From Acidobacteriota bacterium (GTDB lineage Bacteria; Acidobacteriota; Blastocatellia; RBC074): a DNA stretch of 64,000 nucleotides. Positions 8,827 to 17,761 of the stretch are shown here, one piece after another. Both the position numbers and the translations under genes were made by a program. A model generated the notes under the pieces. That model was not told the origin of the DNA and made no database searches. It saw nothing but the letters and a program-made list of their open reading frames with translations. The stretch lies in contig JACPYM010000070.1 of NCBI GenBank assembly GCA_016196035.1, positions 3,334-67,333 on the forward strand, written 5' to 3'. Numbering within the stretch: the stretch's first letter is position 1; every line of letters starts with the position of its first letter.

Positions 8827-11487
8827 CTACAGCTTCACGCCATACTTTTTGAAGTGCTCTTCCCTGGCGCTGTCCACCCAATTTTCACGGCGGATGCGGC
8901 CCTTGAAGTGTTCGAGCTGTTCGTCCACGTAATCAATATCGGCCTCGTTCCAAGCGGCGACCTGTTTGAAAAAGTAGATGCCGAGTTTGTGCAGCAGCTT
9001 TTCCAGCACCGGGCCGACGCCATAAATCAATTTCAGGTCGTCGTATTCGCCGCGTTTGGGTGGAGCTTTACGATAGGTTTCCATCGCGGTATGCGCAGTG
9101 GTTTGTTGAGGCACCGCCGCTTGGGCCGCTTCGAGTTCGCTGAGCCGCAAGCGCAGGCGGCGCAATTCGTCTGCGCTGGTGACGGCGTGGGCGCTGGCCG
9201 TGCCGAGTTCGGCGAGGCGCGCGATGAGTTGCGCGATTTCGCCGTCTTTGGCGCTGAGTGCGGTGTTGAAGTGCGCGGCGCGGGCGTTGAGTGTAGCGTC
9301 GAACTGGCCCGCGCCGGCTTCCAACTCACCGACGCGCCAGCGCAACTTGCCGAGTTCGTCGTCTTTGCCAGCCAGGGCGCGGTTGAATTGAGTTTCGTTT
9401 TCTTTCCAGCGCGCGGCTTGCGCGGCCAGTTGCGTCTCGCGCGCGCTCAATTGTGCGCCCAACGTTTCCAGTTCATTGATGCGGCCCTTGAGCTTGCCGA
9501 TTTCTTCATCGCGATTGCTGACGAAGGCTTCCAACTCGCCGACGCGCCATTTCAGTTTGCCCAGCGTCTCGTCCTTTTCGGCCACGGTGTGTTGGTGGCG
9601 GGTTTCCCATTCGCTCAATTTGGCGTCGCGTTCGGCCAGTTGCGTGCTCAACCGATCCAGGTCGCCCAGGCGCGCGCGCAGTTGCGCCAGTTCGGTTTCG
9701 CGCGCACCGAGGGCGGCGGTTTGTTGCTGCTGCTCGGTCGTCAGCGTGTTGACGCGTTGATGCATCTGGCGGAGTTCGGCGTCTTTCAATTTCAGCGCCT
9801 CGCTCATTTTGGCAAGCTCAGCGCCTTGCGCCGTCAGCGTTGTTTCCAGCGGTTCGAGTTCGGCCAGGCGGCCTTGCAGCACCGCCAAGGCGCCGGCGTG
9901 TTCGGTTCGCGCGGCAGTCAACCGGCTTTGCCATTCCGCAAGTTTGGCATCGCGTTCGGCCACGGCGGCTGTCAACGGTTCGAGTTCAGCGAGGCGGCCC
10001 TTGAGTGCGGACAGTTCGGACGCGCGTTCCGCTTGCGTGACTGTAAAACGGCTTTGCAAATCCGCCGCAAAGGCGCGCACGCCGCGCAATTCGTTCAAGC
10101 GCAGGCTGAGCCGATTGACCTCGGCGTCTTTGGCTTTGCTGGCGTCGGTGAATGCGCGTTTGAGTTGCGCAAGCTCATCATCTTTGGCGGCGGTGGCGGC
10201 GTTCAACTGTTCGGCCAGGCGCGTATGGTTGGCCGCGAGTTCGGCGGCCAGCGCTTGCAGTTCGTTGTCGCGTTCGGCCAGTTGCGCGCTGAGCGGTTCC
10301 AGTTCCTTGACGCGCAATTGCAAGAGCGCAATCGCGGCGTTTTTGTCATGGGCGAGGGCGGACTGATTGTCTTCGTGTTCGGCTAAACGCGCCCGGCTCG
10401 CGGCATCGGCGTGTTCCAATTCGGCCAGCCGCGCGCGCAACCGCGCAATCTCGGCGTCCTTTTCGCCCAGCGCCATTTTGTTGCCCTGTTCGGTATCGCG
10501 CAGTTGGGCTTCCAGTTCGGGCTTCATGGTATCGGCAGCGGCCAGCGCCGCGACGGCCGTGGCCGTGGTGACTTCCAATTCACCCAGGCGCAGTTTGAGC
10601 TTTTGGCTTTCGTTGTCGCGTTCGGCGATGGCGCTGATTTTCTCTTTCTCGAGCGCTTTGTAACGGGTTTCGAGATCGAAGAGTTGGTTATCAGCCTCGC
10701 GCAAACGCTCGTCGCGGACGCTGATTTGTTGCTGCGCATCATCGAGTTGCGTCGCCAATTGCGCGGCGCTGTGTTCCGACGCGCCAAGCCGTTCGTGTAA
10801 TTCGGACGTCGCGGCGGCGTGGGCTTGGGCCGTGGCCGCGAGTTCCGCCGTGAGGCGCGCAATCTCATCGTCTTTGTCTTGAGTGGCGGCGCCAATCTGC
10901 GTTTCGAGGGTTTTCAGCCGCAAATCACGGTCTTTTAATTGCAGCGTGAGCGGCGCCAATTCGGCCACGCGGGCCAGCAGTTTGCTGATTTCACTTTCCT
11001 TGCCGGTCAGCGCGGCTTTGGTCGCATCAAGTTCCGCCGTCAGGCTGGCGGCGGGCGCGGTTTGGGCGGCTTCGACTTTGGCTACGGCCAATTCCGCCGC
11101 CGCTCTGGTTTCAGCCTCTTTCAGTTTGAGCGCCCACTCTGTTTTCAGCCGGTCAAGCTCGGCGCTGTGGGCCTGTAAATCGGCCTTCAATTGTGCCAAT
11201 TCACTCCGGCTGGCATCGAGTTCGGCAAAGACCGTCTCTTTCTCTTTCAGTTGATCGGACGCCTGCGTGAGATCGGTGCGCAACGCGGCCAGGTCGCTTT
11301 GGTGCGTGCGCAATTCGGCGCGCGCGTTTTCCAACTCGCGTTCCGTCGCGCGCAGCTTGGCTTCCCACGCCGGATCAAGCGCCGTCTGTTTTTTGCCGCC
11401 CACCAGCAGGTTCCAGAGCGCGGGCAACAGAAACCCACCCGCGAGCAGGAAGAGCAACGGACAGAGAATGGTATGTAGCGTTTCCAT
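8827..11487 (-). CDS. Membrane-anchored long coiled-coil protein with C-terminal helix-hairpin-helix (COG3743-like) domain
   Basis: 886 aa; N-terminal hydrophobic helix; repeated KD.EI..L..R..ELE units; C-terminal DDLKLIYGVGPVLEKLLHKLGIYFFKQVAAW...GRIRRENWVDSA. Confidence 0.85.
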   Translation of the reverse strand: METLHTILCPLLFLLAGGFLLPALWNLLVGGKKQTALDPAWEAKLRATERELENARAELRTHQSDLAALRTDLTQASDQLKEKETVFAELDASRSELAQLKADLQAHSAELDRLKTEWALKLKEAETRAAAELAVAKVEAAQTAPAASLTAELDATKAALTGKESEISKLLARVAELAPLTLQLKDRDLRLKTLETQIGAATQDKDDEIARLTAELAATAQAHAAATSELHERLGASEHSAAQLATQLDDAQQQISVRDERLREADNQLFDLETRYKALEKEKISAIAERDNESQKLKLRLGELEVTTATAVAALAAADTMKPELEAQLRDTEQGNKMALGEKDAEIARLRARLAELEHADAASRARLAEHEDNQSALAHDKNAAIALLQLRVKELEPLSAQLAERDNELQALAAELAANHTRLAEQLNAATAAKDDELAQLKRAFTDASKAKDAEVNRLSLRLNELRGVRAFAADLQSRFTVTQAERASELSALKGRLAELEPLTAAVAERDAKLAEWQSRLTAARTEHAGALAVLQGRLAELEPLETTLTAQGAELAKMSEALKLKDAELRQMHQRVNTLTTEQQQQTAALGARETELAQLRARLGDLDRLSTQLAERDAKLSEWETRHQHTVAEKDETLGKLKWRVGELEAFVSNRDEEIGKLKGRINELETLGAQLSARETQLAAQAARWKENETQFNRALAGKDDELGKLRWRVGELEAGAGQFDATLNARAAHFNTALSAKDGEIAQLIARLAELGTASAHAVTSADELRRLRLRLSELEAAQAAVPQQTTAHTAMETYRKAPPKRGEYDDLKLIYGVGPVLEKLLHKLGIYFFKQVAAWNEADIDYVDEQLEHFKGRIRRENWVDSAREEHFKKYGVKL

Positions 11488-11519
11488 GATTTCGATTTCT
11501 CCTCATTCACACGGTTGGT

Positions 11520-12458
11520 TTAACGCGGTTGGGGCGTGCCGGATTGGAGCGCGCCGCTGGCATTGCCGCTCAGGATGCGAAATTCGATGCGGCGATTGCG
11601 TTGCTTGCCGGTTTCATTGGCGTTGTCAGCGATGGGTTGGGTCGGGCCATAACCTTTGGCGCTCAACCGGTCGGCGCCGATGCCCTGCGCGGTCAGAAAC
11701 TTTTTGACCGCGTTGGCGCGGGCCAGACTCAGCGCGTTATTCGACGCGGCATTGCCAACGTTGTCAGTGTGGCCGCCGATTTCGACTTTGACATCGGAGA
11801 CGGCTTTGAGTGCGGCGGCGGCTTCGGTCAGAGTGCTGATGCTGGCCGTGGAAAGGTCGGCTTTGCCGGTGGCGAATTCGATGCCTTTGAGCAAAATCCT
11901 ATTCAGGTTGCTCTGCGCTTGCAGTTGCCCTTCGTTCAGCCGATTGCCCGCGAGCGTCGTCAGGTCATTGAGTTTGACCGACCCGGGCAACAACGCTGTG
12001 ACCTCTTGCAACACGGCGCTGCGCGCCGGCTGATCGGGCAACACGCCACGCACCGTTACCTCATCGGTCAACAACGCCAGCGCGCCTTCCGCGCCCAGCT
12101 TTTTCGGAATCGGCAACAACCCCAACGCCCAATCCAACCAGCCCGCGCCCGTCTGCACTTGGCCCCCGCCAGGGCCGCCGGCGCGCAACGTGTTGTCGGT
12201 GAAACCATCCGCGCCATAGATTTCTTTGGCGCGCGCCAACAGGCGATTTTTGGCGTCTTCGTTGGGCACAACACCGTTGAGCACCAGCTTGCCGCCTTGC
12301 ATCCTGGCCTCAAATGAAGCTGGCACAGTGGCCAGCGTGGCCGCCGGGGTGGTGACAGCCGCTCCCGTCAAAGTGGTTGCCGGGCGGTGCGAACAGCAAT
12401 ACCAAGAGGCAATCACCAAGAGCAATGCACCGATAATCAGTCTGACCAAATCACTCAT
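11520..12458 (-). CDS. OmpA-family peptidoglycan-binding protein with N-terminal anchor and BON-like modules
   Basis: LVLNGVVPNEDAK and VTVRGVLPDQPAR BON-like repeats; IEFATGKA, GGHTDNVG, LSLARA and NRRIEF OmpA_C motifs. Confidence 0.9.
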   Translation of the reverse strand: MSDLVRLIIGALLLVIASWYCCSHRPATTLTGAAVTTPAATLATVPASFEARMQGGKLVLNGVVPNEDAKNRLLARAKEIYGADGFTDNTLRAGGPGGGQVQTGAGWLDWALGLLPIPKKLGAEGALALLTDEVTVRGVLPDQPARSAVLQEVTALLPGSVKLNDLTTLAGNRLNEGQLQAQSNLNRILLKGIEFATGKADLSTASISTLTEAAAALKAVSDVKVEIGGHTDNVGNAASNNALSLARANAVKKFLTAQGIGADRLSAKGYGPTQPIADNANETGKQRNRRIEFRILSGNASGALQSGTPQPR

Positions 12459-12666
12459 CTCAGCGCTCCTTGCAGAATGGATAATGGATTAAGCTCGCCG
12501 CAGTTCAAAGCGGGGCTGGCAAGCTGCTACCAAGCCGCTTCGCTGTGACGCACGGTCACGAGTTCATCAGGTCTGACCCGGTTGGGGCCAGCCCTGACAT
12601 AAATTGAATACGTAGAGCGGTGTGGGGTTCGTGTTGGGGGGAGAAAACGGATACCGGACTCGGCGT

Positions 12667-12718
12667 CCTGCTCGTCTTGTAAAGCCTGCTCGTCTTGTAA
12701 AGCCTGCTCGTCTTGTAA
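12667..12718 (+). repeat. 18-bp tandem repeat x2.9
   Basis: CCTGCTCGTCTTGTAAAG twice plus 16 bp of a third copy. Confidence 0.95.
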
Positions 12719-12884
12719 TGATGGAAGGGATGATTCGTTTACCGCTGCGTTACCGAGTCGAGCGGCGTGATTATACGCAGATCAACCCCATGACAATAGG
12801 CCCTAGAGGGTGAGTGCCGGACATTTATCTTGTGCCAGCCGGGCGTGGAATTTATTTCAACTAGGCCATCTTTTGTGCCAACCG

Positions 12885-14093
12885 CTAAGGCGGGCTGAGA
12901 TATTTTTTCAGCAGGCGCAGGGGGCGCAAGAAGGCGTACAGAAAGGCCCAGTTACCGGGCAACGGCTGAAATTCCCAATCGCCGATATTCGGCGCGGTCA
13001 CCAGGCGCAACAGGTAGCGCAGGCGCGCGGGCCAGCTTTGTTGCAGTTGAAAGAAGTAGCGAAACTGGCTTTGCATGCCGGTGGCGGCGGGCTGTTGAGA
13101 AAGCATTTGCGTGACCGTCGCCGCGCCCAGCCGCAACAGCGCTTGATCTTGTGTGAGTTGCTGAATAATCCCGGCGGGTAAAGGCGCATCGAGCAAACCA
13201 TGCGCGAGCAAGAGACCCAACCGCGTGACGCGCTCCACCTGACGCTGGCGCGCGCTGGACAACAAGGACTCCCATTGCCAATCGTCACGGCTGGCCAGCA
13301 ACCGCGCAATGTCTAGGACACCGTTCAGGTGCGGCCAGCAATGTTTGGCGCCATGCGCGCACAGGTATAAAAGCAAATCCTCCGGCCCCAGGGTAGGCAG
13401 GGCCTTGCCGCCAGGTTTGACGGTGATCAGCCGCTCGCGCATTTCGGCAAAGTTGAACCCGAAGCCCAGATAGCGCGGAAACAATGCCCAATGCAGTTCG
13501 ACCATGATCCCGCTCGCGCGGCTGAAAAATTCCAACGTATAGGTAACGTCTAAAAACCGCGGGTCTTGTGAAGCCTGCCAATCCAGGTGCAACTCGTAAC
13601 CTCTAGCGCGCAACATGGTGCTGGCCTGGGCGACCGCGCGACGATCCACCAGCAAATCCAAATCGCCAAACGAACGCCACGAGAGTTCCGCGCCCGCCAA
13701 CGCCGCCAACGTCGGCCCTTTGAACGGAATCGCCTCGATGCCGTGCTCCGCCAACAGTCCACAAAGGGCGAACAACTCGCCGGTCATCCGCAAATTGCGC
13801 AGCATGTTTTGCTGCCGCAGTTGGCGCAACTCCTCCACGACTGCTGCCGGCGCAGGTGTCATGCCCGGCGTTTCCAACCACTGGCACAACTGCGCCGTGA
13901 CGCCCTGCCGCCGCGCTTCGGCCAGCACTTTGTCCCAAGCGAGAGAAGGCAAGGCGTCATTCCACACGCTGGCAGGCTGGGCAGTTCCAACACGCGCGGC
14001 GGTGAGCAAAAGCTGCGTTTCCAGCGCGAATGTTTCGGCCCGCACCCAGGCGGGCCAAGGGGAATTTGGCATGAGTTTCTGCGACACCGTCAA
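12885..14093 (-). CDS. Uncharacterised nucleotidyltransferase (NTP_transf_5-like)
   Basis: IPFKGPTLA, RSFGDLDLLV, VELHW and LCAHGAKHCW..L..VLD motifs; start TTG 14093 or ATG 14072. Confidence 0.85.
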   Translation of the reverse strand: MTVSQKLMPNSPWPAWVRAETFALETQLLLTAARVGTAQPASVWNDALPSLAWDKVLAEARRQGVTAQLCQWLETPGMTPAPAAVVEELRQLRQQNMLRNLRMTGELFALCGLLAEHGIEAIPFKGPTLAALAGAELSWRSFGDLDLLVDRRAVAQASTMLRARGYELHLDWQASQDPRFLDVTYTLEFFSRASGIMVELHWALFPRYLGFGFNFAEMRERLITVKPGGKALPTLGPEDLLLYLCAHGAKHCWPHLNGVLDIARLLASRDDWQWESLLSSARQRQVERVTRLGLLLAHGLLDAPLPAGIIQQLTQDQALLRLGAATVTQMLSQQPAATGMQSQFRYFFQLQQSWPARLRYLLRLVTAPNIGDWEFQPLPGNWAFLYAFLRPLRLLKKYLSPP

Positions 14094-14140
14094 TGCACCT
14101 CGCTCAAACCATGTTAGGACTTACGCAACAGCCGGAAACT

Positions 14141-14217
14141 TTGCCACAGAGACATGGTGACACAGAGCCAGAGAGAGAGTTTTCCGGTCTTGCAAGGCCT
14201 CCGTGCCTCTGTGGCAA
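14141..14217. repeat. GCCACAGAG-type palindromic element, copy 1
   Basis: TTGCCACAGAGACATGGTGACACAGAG ... CCGTGCCTCTGTGGCAA; related copy at 46885-46967. Confidence 0.8.
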
Positions 14218-14302
14218 TGCTTCTGCACAGCAGGCGCTGAATACACAAACAGCGGCAAGCCAATCAAATTGGCTTGCCGCTGCCTCAGACTGCCGTGCCG
14301 TT

Positions 14303-15952
14303 TTAGCTGCGCGAAAACGAGAATTGCGCCGTCTTGGCCTGCACGGGCTGGCGTTCGATGGCGGTTTGGTCAAGGGTTTCCAAGCGGGAGATCGCGGCGC
14401 TCAGTTCATCGCGCAACTCGCCACAGACCTTGGTCAAATCCACCGCCAAATCGCCCGCCATCACGTGGCGGAAAAACGTCACGGCCCCTAACGAATGCCC
14501 CTTGGCACTTGCCAGCGGCACGCGCAATGACCAGAAATGCGGCGAAGCCAGCACCTCGGCCAATTCGATTTTTTCGCTCTGCCAGTTCCAGCTCCATTCC
14601 ACGCGGTTGGCCACGCGGTTGGGAGCGGGGCGCGTGGGCAGGTGCACGGTGCTGGCGGCTGAGCCATTGCTAAAGGCGTTCTGGTTCGCCGCGTCAGCAC
14701 CGAAATTGGCGCGTGCCGGGCGGTGGTGCACTTCCAACAGCACACAATCGAATTCGCTGGTGGTAAAGAGTTGATTCAAGACGCTGGACAATTCGTCGAA
14801 ATTAGCCACCTGTTGCAAGTCGGTGGCCGCGTGCTGAATTTGCAAATCCACCGCCAGCGCCCGGTGACGAATGCGCATACCGCGCCGCAACTGCTGCCCC
14901 AACGCGCCGAATTCCTCGTAGCGCAAATGTTGCACGCCGAGCACGATGCAGACCCCCAAAATGCCAAACACCAGCGCAATGTTATTGCGTCCGGGGTTGA
15001 GCAACATAATGCCAAAGAGCGAAAAAAGCGCGCACACCGCATACAACAAAATCGCCGCCTGGCGTTGATTCAAGCCGCGCGCCAGCAACATGTGATGGAT
15101 GTGCCGCCGGTCGCTTTGGAAAACCGGCGCCCCGCTGGCCAGACGGCGCGTCATGGAAAGACCAACCTCCATAATGGGCAAGCCAAAGGAAACCAGCGGA
15201 ATGGCGACCGCAATCAGCGTCGAACTCTTTTGCGCGCTGACCAGCGAAAGCGCCGCGCACATAAAGCCCAAAAAGAGACTGCCTGAGTCCCCCAAAAAGA
15301 TCGAAGCCGGATTGAAGTTGAAACGCAAAAAGCCCATCACCGCGCCCGCGATGATCAAACTCACCACGCAAATTTCCACATGCCCCTGTAGCAGCGAGGT
15401 GACAAACAACGACAACATCGCAAAGACCGCCGCGCCCGCCGCCAACCCATCAATGCCATCAATCAAATTGAAAGCATTGGTGATGCCCACCACCCACAAC
15501 GCCGTCAGCGGAAAACTCAGCCACAACGGAAATTCCCAATACGTGGCAAACGGCAGCGACAGCGCGTTGATGCCGAAGCCTTGCCAATAAAGGATCGCCG
15601 CGGCCAGCACCTGCACGCTGGTTTTTATCCAGGCATTCAAGCCGTGAAAATCGTCATAGACACCTAACAGGAAAATGATCGTGGCCGGTAATAACAGCGC
15701 CTCCAGACTCTGCCAGCGCTCACCGAAGCCCTGGCTGACGAGATTGTTCAGTAGCGGCACACAAGCGAGGGTCACGGCGAAGGAGAAGAAAATTCCCAGG
15801 CCGCCCAGCCGTGCCATGGGCTGCTTGTGAATGCGCCGTTGGTGGTCTGGCAGATCCACCGCGCCCCATTGCAGCGCCAATTTCCGCACCAGGGGCGTCA
15901 AAAGCAAAGTCGTAACAAGTGGAAATGTGAATAGCAGAAAGTAAGATTTCAT
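14303..15952 (-). CDS. wecA: Undecaprenyl-phosphate GlcNAc-1-phosphate transferase (MraY/WecA family) with long C-terminal extension
   Basis: RLGGLGIF, GVYDD, NAFNLIDGIDGL, FLGDSGS and DRRHIHH motifs; about 200 extra soluble residues. Confidence 0.88.
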   Translation of the reverse strand: MKSYFLLFTFPLVTTLLLTPLVRKLALQWGAVDLPDHQRRIHKQPMARLGGLGIFFSFAVTLACVPLLNNLVSQGFGERWQSLEALLLPATIIFLLGVYDDFHGLNAWIKTSVQVLAAAILYWQGFGINALSLPFATYWEFPLWLSFPLTALWVVGITNAFNLIDGIDGLAAGAAVFAMLSLFVTSLLQGHVEICVVSLIIAGAVMGFLRFNFNPASIFLGDSGSLFLGFMCAALSLVSAQKSSTLIAVAIPLVSFGLPIMEVGLSMTRRLASGAPVFQSDRRHIHHMLLARGLNQRQAAILLYAVCALFSLFGIMLLNPGRNNIALVFGILGVCIVLGVQHLRYEEFGALGQQLRRGMRIRHRALAVDLQIQHAATDLQQVANFDELSSVLNQLFTTSEFDCVLLEVHHRPARANFGADAANQNAFSNGSAASTVHLPTRPAPNRVANRVEWSWNWQSEKIELAEVLASPHFWSLRVPLASAKGHSLGAVTFFRHVMAGDLAVDLTKVCGELRDELSAAISRLETLDQTAIERQPVQAKTAQFSFSRS

Positions 15953-16055
15953 CGCTCACCTTCGTCCGGGTAAAAGGTCGGGTTATCAAGCACAGCCAAA
16001 TTGTCAGCGCCCAGCCGAACAACTCCGGCTGACGGAAGAGGAGGCAGGGTCAAGC

Positions 16056-17393
16056 TCAGGCCACCGGGTCTTTGAGATTGACGGTTTTGAGTGAGGAATA
16101 ATCGTTTAACGCCGCGCCAGTGCTTTGCTGGCTGCGGGAAGTACATAAAGCGAAACTGCGTAAATAAGCCTGTACTGCGTGCGGACGGTCATAGTATTGC
16201 TCAAAGACCTGGCGTGCCCGCAGCCCCATCTCGGCCAACAGGGATTGATCGCTCGCCCAAGCTAAAAGCGTTTGCGCCAGCGCCGCGCTCTCGCCGCAGC
16301 CCAGCGCCGCGCCACATTGATGCCGCTTGATCAACGCGGCGCTGCTGCTGCGCTCATCACCGACGAAGAGTAAAGGACGGCCCGCCGCCAGGCTGCTGTA
16401 TGTCTTGCTCGGCACGCTCAACCCCGCCAGCCCCTGGCCCAACGTAATCAGCAACGCATCGCCGGCACTCAAAGAGCGCCGCACTTCCGCGCGCGGTTGA
16501 TAGGGCAACATCACGATGTTGTTGAGTTGATGCTGTTCAACAAAGCCGGCGGTCTCAGCACTGCGCGCGCCCGCGCCGATAAAGACAAAGGCGATGTCAG
16601 AACGCGCATTCAACAACCGGGCCGCTTCCAGCACGGTCGTAAACTCATTGACCAGCCCCAGATTGCCACTAAACAGGATCACCAGTTTATCGCCCAGTTC
16701 GGGCAAGCCGCGTTCCCGCCAGAAGCGCGCTTTATCATTGGCAAGCGGCGCGATTTCGCGGCCATCCGCCCAATTGTGAATCACATCAATGCGCGCGCGC
16801 GCCGCCTCACGCGCCGCCGCGCCGGAAGCTGGCTCAATTTTGGCCAGCACACGTTCGAGCATGCAATCGCTGAGCACGATCACGCGGTCGGCCTGCCGCA
16901 ACATCAAACAGGCCATCCAATCCAGCAGCCGCGTGATCAAACCATCGGCGGGCAAGGCGCCCAAGGCGACGGCGACATCGGGATACATGTCTTCCTGTAA
17001 GGCAATAAACCGCAGCCCGCGCCAGCGGCCCACCAGCCAAGCCACTAACCCGATCAACGGCGGAGTCGTCAGCGCCATCACGATGGTTTCTTCAGCCGTA
17101 TCGCGCGGCAGCCGCAACAAGCGCCAGCAAGCGCCGAGGTAAAACGTCACATAATCGGTCAGCCGTCCCAGTAAATTCCGTTTGCCAAAACTGGTGGCCC
17201 ACACACGTTCGATGCGCACGCCGCGATGCACCTCGTGTTTCGCATACGCCCTCCCGCCGTTGTAGGAACCCTGGCTGGCGATGCTTGTGACCTTGATCCC
17301 GTGCCGTACCAAATCTTCGGCCAACGCCGTCATCAATTGGCTGGTCGCCGAATGATCGGGATAGAAAAATTGGTTCAGGATTATGAGGTGCAT
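16056..17393 (-). CDS. Glycosyltransferase family 4 (WbuB-like)
   Basis: NQFFYPDHSAT, DMYPD, IHNWAD, FSGNLG and SVPSKTY motifs. Confidence 0.9.
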   Translation of the reverse strand: MHLIILNQFFYPDHSATSQLMTALAEDLVRHGIKVTSIASQGSYNGGRAYAKHEVHRGVRIERVWATSFGKRNLLGRLTDYVTFYLGACWRLLRLPRDTAEETIVMALTTPPLIGLVAWLVGRWRGLRFIALQEDMYPDVAVALGALPADGLITRLLDWMACLMLRQADRVIVLSDCMLERVLAKIEPASGAAAREAARARIDVIHNWADGREIAPLANDKARFWRERGLPELGDKLVILFSGNLGLVNEFTTVLEAARLLNARSDIAFVFIGAGARSAETAGFVEQHQLNNIVMLPYQPRAEVRRSLSAGDALLITLGQGLAGLSVPSKTYSSLAAGRPLLFVGDERSSSAALIKRHQCGAALGCGESAALAQTLLAWASDQSLLAEMGLRARQVFEQYYDRPHAVQAYLRSFALCTSRSQQSTGAALNDYSSLKTVNLKDPVA

Positions 17394-17448
17394 GGACACA
17401 TCCTCTGACAGTCAGTTTTCAGCGTTGCTTGGGTCATCACCATACCGG

Positions 17449-17465
17449 TGCGTTCACTGTGCCAG
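17449..17465 (-). promoter_or_regulatory. Putative sigma54 promoter for the GT4-wecA-nucleotidyltransferase unit
   Basis: Minus strand CTGGCACAGTGAACGCA = TGGCAC with GG-N10-GC spacing, about 55 bp upstream of the ATG. Confidence 0.5.
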
Positions 17466-17761
17466 GTGTCTCACGGGGCTAAGCGATAAGTTGGTAATCT
17501 TGATGGTTCGATGAATACTCAGTTCTCGAACCATTTCGGGGAGCTTCAACAGTGTCTATTGGGGGTTTCCAGACGCCCAAACCTGAAGCAAGTGAGGATG
17601 CAGATTCAGGTTATCCGAGTCGGCGGCAGAGTAGCATAAGGGTCGCAAATTATCCTAGCGAATTGTTGTTCAAAGCAGCGCCCAAGACGGCTGCTTTACT
17701 GCATACACCACGCGCGGCTGCCTTGCTGACGCGCCCGCCCTGAACGCACTGGCAAGGCGCT

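Noticed and set aside
8236..10386. 716-aa plus-strand ORF and similar long antisense ORFs (2900-4288, 6825-7796, 18281-19336, 51816-53075, 53810-54973, 62763-63848)
   Set aside because: Shadow frames opposite well-supported GC-rich genes, with no recognisable motifs
8827..12458. Zorya ZorAB or an SMC protein
   Set aside because: No MotA-like multi-TM domain, no Walker motifs or hinge, and no ZorC/D/E genes
12667..12718. CRISPR array
   Set aside because: Contiguous repeats with no spacers and no cas genes; the same applies to the other short repeats
12820..12882. Two TGGCAC motifs on the minus strand as sigma54 promoters
   Set aside because: Neither has GC at the -12 position
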